Origin: an uncultured Lachnospiraceae bacterium
Lineage (GTDB): Bacteria > Bacillota > Clostridia > Lachnospirales > Lachnospiraceae
Assembly (NCBI GenBank): GCA_900321785.1
Contig: ONXK01000003.1
Coordinates: 1-49,051 of the forward strand
Length of the DNA: 49,051 bases
Reading direction: 5' to 3'
Below, piece after piece: positions 38,650 to 49,051 of this stretch. Positions within the stretch are counted from its first letter, which is position 1. Each line of letters begins with the position of its first letter. The translations under genes and the position numbers were made by a program. The notes beneath the pieces are model-generated. The model did no database searches. It worked only from the letters and a program-made list of their open reading frames with translations, and was not told the DNA's origin.

Positions 38650-40761
38650 TTACTTAATATTCAGGACTTTTTCCGCGACATTCTTCGGAACGGGCTCATA
38701 TCTGTCAAAGAACATGGAATAATTGCCGCGTCCCTGTGTCTTGGAACGAAGATCTGTCGCATAACCGAACATCTCGGAGAGCGGGACAAATCCTGTGACC
38801 TTGCGACCGCCGCCGATATCGTCCATTCCGCTGACGCGTCCGCGTCTGGAATTAATATCGCCGATAACGTCGCCCATGTACTCTTCCGGCATGGTGACTT
38901 CGACACGCATGATCGGCTCAAGCAGAACGGGATCCGCTTTCTTCATAGCTTCCTTGAAGCACAGGGAACCTGCGATATGGAAAGCCATTTCAGAGGAGTC
39001 GACTTCATGGTAGGAGCCGTCATAGACAGTCGCATGAATACCGACCACCGGGAATCCGCCGAGAGAGCCGGCGCGCATGGCCTCTTCGATGCCTGCGCCG
39101 ATCGGAGGAATATATTCCTTGGGAATATTGCCGCCTACGACTTCGGAATCGAACTTGTACAGTTCTTCACCGTTGGCATCCATGGGCTCGAAGCGAACCT
39201 TGCAGTGTCCGTACTGACCGCGTCCGCCGGACTGCTTCGCGTACTTGTAATCCTGATCGACGCTCTTTGTGAAGGTCTCTTTATAAGCAACCTGAGGAGC
39301 GCCTACATTTGCCTCAACTCTGAACTCACGCAGAAGTCTGTCGACGATGATCTCCAGATGAAGCTCGCCCATGCCCGCAATAATGGTCTGACCGGTTTCC
39401 TTGTTGGTGTGCTGCCTGAAAGTAGGATCTTCTTCGGCGAGCTTTGCCAGTGCCTCGGCCATCTTGCCCTGACCTGCTTTAGTCCTGGGCTCGATTGCCA
39501 GCTCAATAACGGGTTCCGGGAATTCCATGGACTCGAGGATAACCGGATGTTTTTCATCGCAGATCGTATCACCTGTAGTAGTGAACTTCAGGCCTACAGC
39601 TGCGGCGATATCACCGGAGAAAACCTCATCCAGCTCTGTACGCTTGTTGGCGTGCATCTGAAGGATTCGTCCCAGACGTTCTTTTTTATCCTTGGTAGCA
39701 TTCAGGCAGTAAGAACCTGCTTTGGCCACGCCTGAATATACGCGGAAGAATGCGAGTTTACCGACGAAGGGATCTGTCATGATCTTGAACGCCAGAGCTG
39801 CAAAAGGCTCCTCGTCGGACGAGTGGCGCTCAACCTCATTGCCCTGCAGATCAACGCCCTTGATGGACGGGATATCTGTAGGGGCAGGCATGTACTCAAC
39901 GACTGCGTCGATCAGCTTCTGTACACCTTTGTTTCTATAGGCACTGCCGCAGCAGACCGGAACAGCTGTACATTCACAGGTGGCTTTGCGAAGAACCTTC
40001 TTGAGCTGTTCGGTTGTGGGCTCTTCGCCCTCAAGGAACATTTCTGTCAGGTCATCATCCAGCTCACAGATCTTTTCGATCAGCTCGCTTCTGTAGAGCT
40101 CTGCGTCGTCTTTCATGTCGTCAGGGATCTCGATGATAGAAATGTCATCGCCCTTGTCGTCATTGTAAATATACGCTTCCATCTCAAAGAGGTCAATGAT
40201 ACCCTTGAAGGTATCTTCCGCCCCGATCGGGATCTGGATCATGATCGCGTTTTTGCCAAGTCTGTTGCGGATCTGGTCAACGCTGCCGAAATAATCGGCT
40301 CCGATCACATCCATCTTATTGATGAAAGCCATACGCGGAACATTATAGGTATCCGCCTGGCGCCACACATTTTCGGACTGGGGCTCAACACCGCCCTTGG
40401 CACTGAAAACGCCGACTGCTCCGTCCAGAACACGCAGTGAACGTTCGACCTCAACTGTAAAGTCTACGTGTCCGGGAGTATCAATGATATTGATCCTGCA
40501 CTCTTTTTCTCCGGGCTTGACTTTCATGTGGTCGTGCAGCGTCCAGTGACAGGTCGTTGCAGCTGATGTGATCGTAATACCGCGCTCCTGTTCCTGGTCC
40601 ATCCAGTCCATGGTTGCGGTACCTTCATGTGTTTCGCCAATCTTATAATTTACACCGGTATAATACAGAATACGCTCTGTAAGCGTAGTCTTGCCCGCGT
40701 CGATATGGGCCATAATACCGATATTCCTGGTTCTTTCCAGGGGGTATTCTCTAACTGACAC
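38650..40761 (-). CDS. fusA: Elongation factor G
   Basis: [36 protein letters not shown] and [13 protein letters not shown]; GTG start with AGGAGG. Confidence 0.99.
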   Translation of the reverse strand: MSVREYPLERTRNIGIMAHIDAGKTTLTERILYYTGVNYKIGETHEGTATMDWMDQEQERGITITSAATTCHWTLHDHMKVKPGEKECRINIIDTPGHVDFTVEVERSLRVLDGAVGVFSAKGGVEPQSENVWRQADTYNVPRMAFINKMDVIGADYFGSVDQIRNRLGKNAIMIQIPIGAEDTFKGIIDLFEMEAYIYNDDKGDDISIIEIPDDMKDDAELYRSELIEKICELDDDLTEMFLEGEEPTTEQLKKVLRKATCECTAVPVCCGSAYRNKGVQKLIDAVVEYMPAPTDIPSIKGVDLQGNEVERHSSDEEPFAALAFKIMTDPFVGKLAFFRVYSGVAKAGSYCLNATKDKKERLGRILQMHANKRTELDEVFSGDIAAAVGLKFTTTGDTICDEKHPVILESMEFPEPVIELAIEPRTKAGQGKMAEALAKLAEEDPTFRQHTNKETGQTIIAGMGELHLEIIVDRLLREFRVEANVGAPQVAYKETFTKSVDQDYKYAKQSGGRGQYGHCKVRFEPMDANGEELYKFDSEVVGGNIPKEYIPPIGAGIEEAMRAGSLGGFPVVGIHATVYDGSYHEVDSSEMAFHIAGSLCFKEAMKKADPVLLEPIMRVEVTMPEEYMGDVIGDINSRRGRVSGMDDIGGGRKVTGFVPLSEMFGYATDLRSKTQGRGNYSMFFDRYEPVPKNVAEKVLNIK

Positions 40762-40951
40762 TTATTTTCCTCCTGCGGAGCTGTTTACAACAAATCCCGC
40801 TTTTCTCAAAATTCAATCTACTCTTCCCGGCCTCTTCCAAAAGCGAAATCCATCGTACTTCAAAACTGCGCTCCCGCGCAGCCGCTTTTAACAGGCTCCT
40901 TTCTTTGCAGATCATGATCATGCTGCAGTCTTAGTGTCTTCAGACCGCAAA

Positions 40952-41422
40952 TCAGAATCTGTAATGGGAGAATGCTCTGTTGGCATCTGCCATCTTGTGC
41001 ATATCTTCTTTTCTCTTTACAGATGCGCCAGTATTGTTGTACGCATCCAGAAGCTCGCCGGCGAGCTTGTCTTCCATCTTCTTCTCGCCTCTTTTGCGGG
41101 AGAACATGGTGATCCAGCGCAGTGCAAGCGCCTGACGTCTGTCGGGGCGAACCTCGATCGGTACCTGATAAGTGGCACCGCCGATACGTCTTGCCTTGAC
41201 TTCGAGAACGGGCATGATATTGTTCATAGCGGTCTCAAAGACTTCAACGGCGGGCTTACCGGTCTTTTCTTCCATCTTGGCAAATGCCCCGTACACGATC
41301 TTCTGTGCGACACCCTTTTTGCCGTCCAGCATAATGCTGTTGATCAGCTTGGTGACCACTTTATTGTTGTACAAGGGATCAGCCAGTACATCTCTTTTCT
41401 GAACATGTCCTTTACGCGGCAC
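40952..41422 (-). CDS. rpsG: 30S ribosomal protein S7
   Basis: [24 protein letters not shown] and HKMA.ANRAF.HYR. Confidence 0.99.
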   Translation of the reverse strand: MPRKGHVQKRDVLADPLYNNKVVTKLINSIMLDGKKGVAQKIVYGAFAKMEEKTGKPAVEVFETAMNNIMPVLEVKARRIGGATYQVPIEVRPDRRQALALRWITMFSRKRGEKKMEDKLAGELLDAYNNTGASVKRKEDMHKMADANRAFSHYRF

Positions 41423-41699
41423 GTTACTTCCCTCCTTATCAATGTTGATAAATCACAGGTACTCACTAATACGGATATTCGTGTTCGTGCTGTATCTTCT
41501 ATTACTATACGATTCTTATATGGTTCTGCTCTTCTCTGTTACCGAGACCTGTCAAAAACATATGCGGAATGCCTCGGAGAGGATTCCGCTGCTGCGGCAT
41601 TTGTACCGCAGCGCATCTATACGGTTATAGAACTCCAACACTTACGGGTTCGTGATTAGTTGTTGTCCGCTGTACTCATGAAGCCAGCGGAAAAGTACC

Positions 41700-42122
41700 T
41701 CACTTCTTAGCAGCTTTGGGCCTCTTGGCGCCATACTTGGAACGAGCCTGCTTGCGGTTTGCAACGCCTGCTGTATCCAGAGTGCCGCGGATGATGTGAT
41801 ATCTGGTACCGGGCAGATCTTTAACTCTTCCGCCTCTGATCAGAACAACACTGTGCTCCTGCAGATTGTGCCCTTCGCCGGGGATGTAGGATGTAACTTC
41901 GATTCCATTGGAAAGACGAACTCTGGCGATCTTACGAAGCGCAGAATTAGGCTTCTTGGGAGTTGCCGTCTTGACTGCTGTGCAGACACCGCGCTTCTGC
42001 GGAGCACTGACAGCGATGGAACGCTTGCGCAGGGAGTTGAAGCCTCTCTGCAGTGCCGGCGCTGTGGACTTCTTGACAGATGTCTCACGACCCTTTCTAA
42101 CGAGCTGGTTAAATGTTGGCAT
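41700..42122 (-). CDS. rpsL: 30S ribosomal protein S12
   Basis: [24 protein letters not shown] and GGRVKDLPG. Confidence 0.99.
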   Translation of the reverse strand: MPTFNQLVRKGRETSVKKSTAPALQRGFNSLRKRSIAVSAPQKRGVCTAVKTATPKKPNSALRKIARVRLSNGIEVTSYIPGEGHNLQEHSVVLIRGGRVKDLPGTRYHIIRGTLDTAGVANRKQARSKYGAKRPKAAKK

Positions 42123-42279
42123 TCTATTTCACCTCCTTGTAAGATTTTGTGCTGCACAGGGTTATGCAGCTGTTTTCCTCCATTGCTGTTTCTCCGGCAC
42201 AAACCGGGCAGGTTCTCTTTCCCGGTTTCCGCAGAAAAAAAAGCAAATGGAAAAGGTGTGGCCGGAGCCACACCCATGA

Positions 42280-42308
42280 ATTATACGCAAGTGCCATATG
42301 CTTGTCAA
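42280..42308 (-). promoter_or_regulatory. str operon promoter
   Basis: Perfect TTGACA-17 nt-TATAAT. Confidence 0.9.
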
Positions 42309-42355
42309 TAAATATTTTTTAATAATACCTTTTTTCAGGCTTTGTTTTTTTGAAA

Positions 42356-42386
42356 CTGTTCACGCCCCTTTTGAGGGCGTGAACAG
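42356..42386. terminator. Palindromic hairpin after rpoC (possible rpoBC terminator or REP-like unit)
   Basis: ctgttcacgccc...gggcgtgaacag 12-bp perfect stem; only T3 follows on the minus strand. Confidence 0.5.
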
Positions 42387-42458
42387 CGACACATCTTATT
42401 GGCATCTGTCTTTACATTTGCGCTGCCGGATATTGACTGGTGAATTCCGGAACAGAAC

Positions 42459-45400
42459 TTACTCTTCCGTAATGATGAGCTCGTCCTCAGAGTCGTCTTC
42501 CGACTCGGCCTCGCGCTCAACATTCTCACTCTCTTCTTCGGCCATCTCTTCTTCCATTTCCTCGAGGTCTTCCGCTTCAGGTCCCTGAAGATCGTCCAGG
42601 TCCTGATCCTTGTCCTCATCCTCATAATCGGAAACGTTGTTCACGGAATCCTGCAGGCTTTCCGGATCTTCGGGCTCGTCCTGTGCTCCTATAAACTGGT
42701 TTTCCTGCGGAGCGTGCATAGCCATCATGTAGGCAATCTCTTCCGCATTGAGCTGTTCTTCTCTCTGCGCAGCAAGTGCCTTGGCTGCCCGGATCCTTGC
42801 GTCAGTGGAAAGGCGTGTGGAGCGATAACGCTTCATGCCGGTGCCGGCGGGGATCAGCTTACCGATGATGACATTTTCTTTCAGGCCGATCAGGGGATCG
42901 ATGCGTCCATGAATGGCTGCATCGGTCAGAACCTTCGTGGTCTCCTGGAAGGATGCTGCAGACAGGAAGGAATTGGTCGCAAGCGCCGCCTTGGTGATAC
43001 CCAGGATGACCTGCTTGCCCTCGGCGGGAATGCGGGCCTGCTGGATCAGGCGCTCATTTTCTTCCTCGAAGTCAAGGACATCCACAAGGCTTCCGGGCAG
43101 GAAACTCGTGTCGCCGCTGTTCTCGATACGGATCTTCTTGAGCATCTGACGGACAATGACTTCGATATGCTTATCGCAGATATCAACACCCTGCAGACGA
43201 TAGACTCGCTGAACTTCCTGCAACAGGTAGTTCTGGACTGCGCGGATACCCTTGATCTTGAGCAGATCGTGGGGGTTGATACTTCCTTCTGTAAGCTCGT
43301 CGCCGGCCTCAATGCTGGTGCCGTCAATGACCTTGATACGGGAGCCGTAAGGAATCGGATATTCCTTGGATTCTCCGGTTTCATCATCTGTCACGATGAC
43401 TTCACGGCTCTTCTTGTTGTCGCGGACTGTAACGGTACCGCCGAATTCGGAAATGATCGCAAGTCCCTTGGGTTTTCTGGCCTCAAACAGCTCCTCGACA
43501 CGGGGAAGACCCTGTGTGATATCACCGCCTGCGACACCGCCCGTATGGAAGGTACGCATGGTCAGCTGTGTACCGGGCTCACCGATGGACTGTGCCGCGA
43601 TGATGCCGACTGCCTCACCGACCTGTACCATTTCACCGGTCGCCATGTTGGCGCCGTAGCACTTGGCACAGATACCGGAGTGAGAACGGCAGGTCAGGAT
43701 CGTGCGGATCTTGACTCTGTTTGTACCCTTGGCCATGATCTTTGTGGCTCGCGCCGGAGTGATCATGTGGTTCTTCTTGACGATCAGATTGCCGTCATTG
43801 TCATAAATATCTTCACAGGAAACACGACCGGTGATACGGTCCTGCAGTCCCTCGATGGTCTCCTTGCCGTCCATGAATGCCTTGACGGACATTCCGGGAA
43901 CAGCCTCCCTGCCTTCACAGCAGTCGACCTCACGGATGATGAGCTCCTGGGAGACATCTACCATGCGTCGTGTCAGATAACCTGAGTCCGCAGTACGCAG
44001 CGCGGTATCAGACAGACCTTTACGGGCACCATGTGCTGACATGAAGTATTCCAGAACGTCCAGACCTTCACGGAAGTTGGACTTGATGGGCAGCTCAATG
44101 GTACGACCTGTGGTATCTGCCATCAGTCCGCGCATACCGGCCAGCTGCTTGATCTGCTGGTTGCTGCCTCGGGCACCGGAGTCAGCCATCATGAAGATAT
44201 TGTTATATTTATCAAGGCTTTCGAGCAGTGCAGTGGTCAGCTGATTATCAATATCTGTCCAGGTCTGGACAACTGCTCTGTAGCGCTCTTCGTCCGTGAT
44301 CAGACCGCGGCGGTAGTTCTTGGAAATCTTGTCGACAGTGTCCTGGGCTCTCTGAAGGAGGTCCTTCTTCTGAGCAGGCACAGTGATATCCGCGATGGAA
44401 ACCGTCATGGCGGCGATTGTGGAATACTTGTAACCCATGGCCTTGATCAGGTCAAGGACCTCTGCCGTCGCAAAGGTTCCGTGGGTGTCGATGATCCTCT
44501 GCAGGATCTTCTTGAGATCTTTCTTTTTGACAAGGAAGTCAACTTCCAGCTTCAGGAAGTTCTCCGGGATGGATCTGTCGACAAATCCCAGATCCTGAGG
44601 AAGGATCTCGTTGAACAGAAGGCGGCCGAGTGTAGTGGCAATCACACCGGTGACTACCTCACCCTCCGCGTTCTGCCTGGACATACGAACGTTGATCTTG
44701 GAGTGCAGGGTAATGTAGTGGTTCTCGTAAGCAAGGATCGCCTCGCTCATATTACGGAAGTACTTGCCTTCTCCGGGTTCGCCGTCACGCTCCTGTGTCA
44801 GGTAGTAGATACCCAGAACCATATCCTGCGAAGGAACCGCCACCGGTCCGCCGTCAGACGGTTTGAGGAGGTTGTTGGGAGAAAGGAGGAGGAAGCGGCA
44901 CTCTGCCTGGGCTTCCACGGACAGGGGCAGATGGATCGCCATCTGGTCACCGTCAAAGTCCGCATTGAACGCCGTACAGACAAGGGGGTGGAGCTTGATT
45001 GCCTTACCTTCAACCAGGATGGGCTCGAAAGCCTGGATACCAAGTCTGTGAAGGGTAGGCGCACGGTTGAGCATGACCGGATGCTCTTTGATGACATCCT
45101 CCAGGATATCCCAGACCTGGCTGTCTACCTTTTCAACAAGTTTCTTGGCATTTTTGATATTCTGAGAAATACCTCTGCTCTCCAGCTCTTTCATAACAAA
45201 GGGCTTGAACAGCTCGAGTGCCATTTCCTTGGGAACACCGCACTGGTAGATCTTGAGCTCGGGGCCTACGACGATAACGCTTCGGCCTGAGTAGTCAACA
45301 CGCTTGCCCAGAAGGTTCTGACGGAAACGTCCGGATTTACCTTTGAGCATATCGGAGAGAGACTTGAGGGCGCGGTTGCCGGGACCGGTGACCGGACGGC

Positions 45401-46340
45401 CTCTGCGGCCGTTATCGATCAGGGCGTCAACTGCCTCCTGCAGCATTCTCTTCTCGTTGCGGACGATGATGTCCGGTGCGCCGAGCTCCAGAAGCCTCTT
45501 CAGGCGGTTGTTTCTGTTGATGATCCTGCGGTACAGGTCATTGAGGTCGGAAGTCGCGAAACGGCCGCCGTCCAGCTGTACCATGGGACGCAGATCGGGC
45601 GGGATGACCGGGATGCGGTCCATGATCATCCATGCGGGGTTGTTGCCGGACTCACGGAAGGCTTCGATAACCTCAATGCGCTTTATGATACGGGCGCGTT
45701 TCTGTCCGGAAGCATCTTCCATCTGCGCTGCAAGTTCTTCATATTCTTTTTCGACATCGATGGCAAGCAGAAGCTCTTTGACAGCCTCGGCACCCATTCC
45801 TGCGCGGAATCTGGTGCCCCACTTGTCACGGGCTTCCTGATACTCTCTCTCGTTGAGCACCTGCTTGTACTCAAGTTCGGAAGAGCCCTTGTCCAGAACG
45901 ATGTAGGACGCAAAGTAAAGGACCTTCTCCAGTACCTTCGGAGAGATATCGAGGATCAGACCCATTCTGCTGGGGATTCCCTTGAAATACCAGATATGAG
46001 AGACGGGTGCGGCCAGTTCAATATGGCCCATGCGCTCGCGGCGGACACTTGATTTGGTAACTTCAACGCCGCAGCGGTCGCAGATCACGCCTTTATATCT
46101 GATCTTTTTGTACTTTCCGCAGTGGCACTCCCAGTCTTTGGTCGGTCCGAAAATCTTTTCGCAGAAAAGGCCATCTCTCTCAGGCTTCAATGTCCTGTAG
46201 TTGATGGTCTCGGGCTTTGTCACCTCGCCATAGGACCATCCGCCGTCTTCACGAGGGCCGATGATTTCCGGAGATGCGAGACCGATCTTGATCGAATCAA
46301 ATGTGACCGGCTGATAGTTCTGCTGTTTCGTATTCGGCAT
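42459..46340 (-). CDS. rpoC: RNA polymerase beta' subunit
   Basis: Zn finger C.C...[25 protein letters not shown]; long acidic C-terminal tail. Confidence 0.99.
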   Translation of the reverse strand: MPNTKQQNYQPVTFDSIKIGLASPEIIGPREDGGWSYGEVTKPETINYRTLKPERDGLFCEKIFGPTKDWECHCGKYKKIRYKGVICDRCGVEVTKSSVRRERMGHIELAAPVSHIWYFKGIPSRMGLILDISPKVLEKVLYFASYIVLDKGSSELEYKQVLNEREYQEARDKWGTRFRAGMGAEAVKELLLAIDVEKEYEELAAQMEDASGQKRARIIKRIEVIEAFRESGNNPAWMIMDRIPVIPPDLRPMVQLDGGRFATSDLNDLYRRIINRNNRLKRLLELGAPDIIVRNEKRMLQEAVDALIDNGRRGRPVTGPGNRALKSLSDMLKGKSGRFRQNLLGKRVDYSGRSVIVVGPELKIYQCGVPKEMALELFKPFVMKELESRGISQNIKNAKKLVEKVDSQVWDILEDVIKEHPVMLNRAPTLHRLGIQAFEPILVEGKAIKLHPLVCTAFNADFDGDQMAIHLPLSVEAQAECRFLLLSPNNLLKPSDGGPVAVPSQDMVLGIYYLTQERDGEPGEGKYFRNMSEAILAYENHYITLHSKINVRMSRQNAEGEVVTGVIATTLGRLLFNEILPQDLGFVDRSIPENFLKLEVDFLVKKKDLKKILQRIIDTHGTFATAEVLDLIKAMGYKYSTIAAMTVSIADITVPAQKKDLLQRAQDTVDKISKNYRRGLITDEERYRAVVQTWTDIDNQLTTALLESLDKYNNIFMMADSGARGSNQQIKQLAGMRGLMADTTGRTIELPIKSNFREGLDVLEYFMSAHGARKGLSDTALRTADSGYLTRRMVDVSQELIIREVDCCEGREAVPGMSVKAFMDGKETIEGLQDRITGRVSCEDIYDNDGNLIVKKNHMITPARATKIMAKGTNRVKIRTILTCRSHSGICAKCYGANMATGEMVQVGEAVGIIAAQSIGEPGTQLTMRTFHTGGVAGGDITQGLPRVEELFEARKPKGLAIISEFGGTVTVRDNKKSREVIVTDDETGESKEYPIPYGSRIKVIDGTSIEAGDELTEGSINPHDLLKIKGIRAVQNYLLQEVQRVYRLQGVDICDKHIEVIVRQMLKKIRIENSGDTSFLPGSLVDVLDFEEENERLIQQARIPAEGKQVILGITKAALATNSFLSAASFQETTKVLTDAAIHGRIDPLIGLKENVIIGKLIPAGTGMKRYRSTRLSTDARIRAAKALAAQREEQLNAEEIAYMMAMHAPQENQFIGAQDEPEDPESLQDSVNNVSDYEDEDKDQDLDDLQGPEAEDLEEMEEEMAEEESENVEREAESEDDSEDELIITEE

Positions 46341-46408
46341 TTTTATCTCCTTATCAGAAGCATTGCGATAGTAGAAACGTCTGAGGATCAGATGATCGGA
46401 TTAGCAGA

Positions 46409-49051
46409 TCAATAGTTCTCCTCTTCATTGCTGTCTGTTTCATAGCTGCCGTCGCTGTAATCGTCACTGTCTGTCTTCACAGCGAATGCGCCGGCTGCGG
46501 GTAGGGAATCTACAGCGTCTTCAAGCTTTCCGCTCCTGGTATTGAATTCTTTGCTGCTGAATCCGGCGCGTCCGAGGCTCTCCTCATCCGTGCCGCCATA
46601 ATTGCTGCTTCCGACTCTGTTCGCCATTTCAAAGCGGTAGATGGAGGACTCACCATAGTCGATATCCTCTGTGATCTCTACTTCGCTGCCGTCCTCCTGC
46701 AGTACGCGGACATCCAGTCCCAGTGCCTGCAGTTCTTTGAGGAGCACCTTAAAGGATTCCGGAATACCGGATTCGGGAATATTCTCGCCTTTAATGATGG
46801 CTTCGTAAGTCTTGACACGGCCTACAACATCGTCTGACTTGACAGTCAGGATTTCCTGAAGCGTATATGCCGCACCGTATGCCTCAAGCGCCCAGACTTC
46901 CATTTCACCGAAACGCTGTCCGCCGAACTGTGCCTTACCGCCCAGAGGCTGCTGTGTGACCAGAGAGTAAGGGCCGGTAGAACGGGCATGGATCTTATCG
47001 TCTACCAGATGGTGGAGCTTGAGGTAGTGCATGTGTCCGATGGTGACCGGGCTGTCAAAAGGTTCTCCTGTACGTCCGTCACGAAGCTGGACCTTGCCGT
47101 CCGGCGTGATCGGAACGCCCTTCCACAGTTTCCTGTGATCGCGGTTCTCGTACAGATAATTCAAAATCTCGGGTGAAAGGACATCCCTGTATTTCTTCTC
47201 AAATTCCTCCCACTCTGTGTTGACGTAATCATTTGCCATGATCAGAGCATCCTGGATGTCTGTATGGCTGGCGCCGTCAAAGTTGGGTGTTGCCACATTG
47301 AAGCCCAGGGCTTCCGCAGCCAGGGACAGATGGATCTCCAGGATCTGTCCGATATTCATACGGGACGGCACGCCCAGAGGATTCAGGACGATATCCAGAG
47401 GCCGTCCGTTGGGAAGATAAGGCATATCCTCGATGGGCAGAACGCGGGAAACGACACCCTTGTTGCCGTGACGGCCTGCCATCTTATCGCCGACAGAGAT
47501 CTTTCTCTTCTGCGCGATGTAAATGCGAACCGACTCGTTCACACCGGGGGAAAGCTCATCTCCGTTCTCTCTGGTGAACTTCTTGGTATCTACGATAATG
47601 CCGTATTCACCGTGGGGAACCTTCAGGGATGTGTCACGAACTTCACGGGCCTTTTCACCGAAGATCGCGCGCAGCAGGCGCTCTTCCGCAGTCAGCTCGG
47701 TCTCGCCCTTGGGTGTGACTTTACCGACCAGGATATCTCCCGCGCGGACCTCAGCGCCGACACGGATGATACCTTCCTCATCAAGATCCTTGAGGGCTTC
47801 CTCACCGACGCCCGGAACATCGCGGGTAATCTCTTCCGGTCCGAGCTTGGTATCACGGGCTTCACACTCGTACTCTTCGATGTGGACAGATGTGTAGACA
47901 TCGTCACGCACAAGACGTTCGCTCAGAAGAACAGCGTCCTCATAGTTGTAACCTTCCCAGGTCATGAATCCGATCAGGGGGTTCTTTCCGAGGGCAAGCT
48001 CACCGTTGCAGGTCGAAGGACCGTCCGCGATAACCTGTCCCTTGACAATATGCTCGCCGGTGACCACGATCGGTTTCTGGTTGTAGCAGTTGCTCTGATT
48101 GCTGCGCTCGAACTTGGTCAGATGATATGTGCGTCTGGAACCGTCTTCTTCGCGCACAACAATGCCTCTGGCATCTACGAACTGGACAACGCCGTCTGCT
48201 TCGGCAAGAACACAGACGCCGGAGTCGATCGCAGCTTTGATCTCCATGCCTGTACCGACTGCAGGCGCATCTGTTGTAAGAAGCGGCACTGCCTGACGCT
48301 GCATGTTCGAACCCATCAGGGCGCGGTTTGCGTCATCGTTCTGCAGGAAGGGAACCAGAGATGTTGCGACAGAGAAGACCATACGGGGAGAGACGTCCAT
48401 ATATTCAAAGACGCTCTTATTATAAGAAGAAGTCTCTGTGCGGTAACGTCCGGATACATTGCGGTGTACAAAGTAACCGTTTTCATCCAGTTCCGTACTC
48501 GCCTGCGCGACATGGTAATTATCTTCTTCATCCGCAGTCATATATACGACTTCGTCCGTTACACGGGGGCCGTTGGGGTCTGTCTGGTCGACCTTTCTGT
48601 AAGGAGCCTCAATAAAGCCGTACTGGTTGATGCGGGCATAGCTTGCAAGGGAGTTGATCAGACCGATGTTGGGACCTTCAGGAGTCTCGATCGGACACAT
48701 TCTCCCGTAATGTGTATAGTGAACGTCACGGACCTCGAAGCCTGCGCGGTCTCTGGACAGACCGCCGGGGCCCAGTGCAGACAGACGGCGCTTGTGGGTC
48801 AGCTCACCCAGAGGGTTGTTCTGATCCATGAACTGGGACAGCTGGGAAGAACCGAAGAATTCCTTGACTGCCGCCTGGACAGGCTTGATATTGATCAGTG
48901 ACTGCGGAGAAATTTCCTCAGAGGAATCATGGGTCGTCATACGCTCGCGGACCACACGCTCCAGCCTGGAAAGACCGATGCGGTACTGGTTCTGCAGCAG
49001 CTCACCCACGCTGCGGATACGGCGGTTTCCGAGATGGTCGATATCATCATC
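46409..49051 (-). CDS. rpoB: RNA polymerase beta subunit (5'-truncated by the window)
   Basis: [40 protein letters not shown] and [11 protein letters not shown]. Confidence 0.99.
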   Translation of the reverse strand, partial: DDDIDHLGNRRIRSVGELLQNQYRIGLSRLERVVRERMTTHDSSEEISPQSLINIKPVQAAVKEFFGSSQLSQFMDQNNPLGELTHKRRLSALGPGGLSRDRAGFEVRDVHYTHYGRMCPIETPEGPNIGLINSLASYARINQYGFIEAPYRKVDQTDPNGPRVTDEVVYMTADEEDNYHVAQASTELDENGYFVHRNVSGRYRTETSSYNKSVFEYMDVSPRMVFSVATSLVPFLQNDDANRALMGSNMQRQAVPLLTTDAPAVGTGMEIKAAIDSGVCVLAEADGVVQFVDARGIVVREEDGSRRTYHLTKFERSNQSNCYNQKPIVVTGEHIVKGQVIADGPSTCNGELALGKNPLIGFMTWEGYNYEDAVLLSERLVRDDVYTSVHIEEYECEARDTKLGPEEITRDVPGVGEEALKDLDEEGIIRVGAEVRAGDILVGKVTPKGETELTAEERLLRAIFGEKAREVRDTSLKVPHGEYGIIVDTKKFTRENGDELSPGVNESVRIYIAQKRKISVGDKMAGRHGNKGVVSRVLPIEDMPYLPNGRPLDIVLNPLGVPSRMNIGQILEIHLSLAAEALGFNVATPNFDGASHTDIQDALIMANDYVNTEWEEFEKKYRDVLSPEILNYLYENRDHRKLWKGVPITPDGKVQLRDGRTGEPFDSPVTIGHMHYLKLHHLVDDKIHARSTGPYSLVTQQPLGGKAQFGGQRFGEMEVWALEAYGAAYTLQEILTVKSDDVVGRVKTYEAIIKGENIPESGIPESFKVLLKELQALGLDVRVLQEDGSEVEITEDIDYGESSIYRFEMANRVGSSNYGGTDEESLGRAGFSSKEFNTRSGKLEDAVDSLPAAGAFAVKTDSDDYSDGSYETDSNEEENY

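Noticed and set aside
48770-48870. Antibiotic-resistance alleles in rpoB cluster I, rpsL or rpsJ
   Set aside because: The motifs read as wild type ([20 protein letters not shown]; PKKPNS and RVKDLPG; HKYKDS).
47264-48901. Long plus-strand ORFs antisense to rpoB, rpoC, fusA, tuf, trpCD, cysE and ribosomal protein genes (for example 545 aa here, 523 aa at 3425-4996 and 423 aa at 42714-43985)
   Set aside because: Shadow frames produced by codon bias of the real minus-strand genes; they show no recognisable motifs.

Overview
Core-genome window from a Clostridia bacterium, most likely Lachnospiraceae (judged from the expanded L17, the L3 insert, the short S4 and the RpoB/RpoC style). Almost everything is on the minus strand. 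In transcription order it holds rpoB (partial)-rpoC, the str operon (rpsL-rpsG-fusA-tuf), and a five-gene insert (SGNH/GDSL hydrolase, degenerate DHHW/AlgJ-like protein, small alarmone synthetase, SAM methyltransferase, Na+/proline symporter). These are followed by the S10-spc-alpha ribosomal clusters, ecfA1-ecfA2-ecfT-truA, rplM-rpsI, cysE, a hot-dog thioesterase, a small HMA-like protein and a Trp T-box-led trpD-C-F-B-A operon with no trpE/trpG. The 3' end of an M13 peptidase lies on the plus strand at the left edge. I found no rRNA, tRNA, CRISPR array or transposase. The most notable signals are: (1) a dispersed three-hairpin element in two unrelated spacers (trpB-trpA and rpsE-rpmD), with a near-identical 32-33 nt end fused to the Shine-Dalgarno of the downstream gene and one compensatory base pair; (2) three clean deletions, two in-frame ones of about 110 nt inside trpB and tuf, and one removing the tuf leader and start codon, which may be real or assembly artefacts; (3) an oversized Trp T-box with an intrinsic-terminator-like hairpin inside stem III; (4) a DHHW-family protein that has lost its catalytic His and Ser. 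All homology calls come from recognising motifs by eye; no searches were run.
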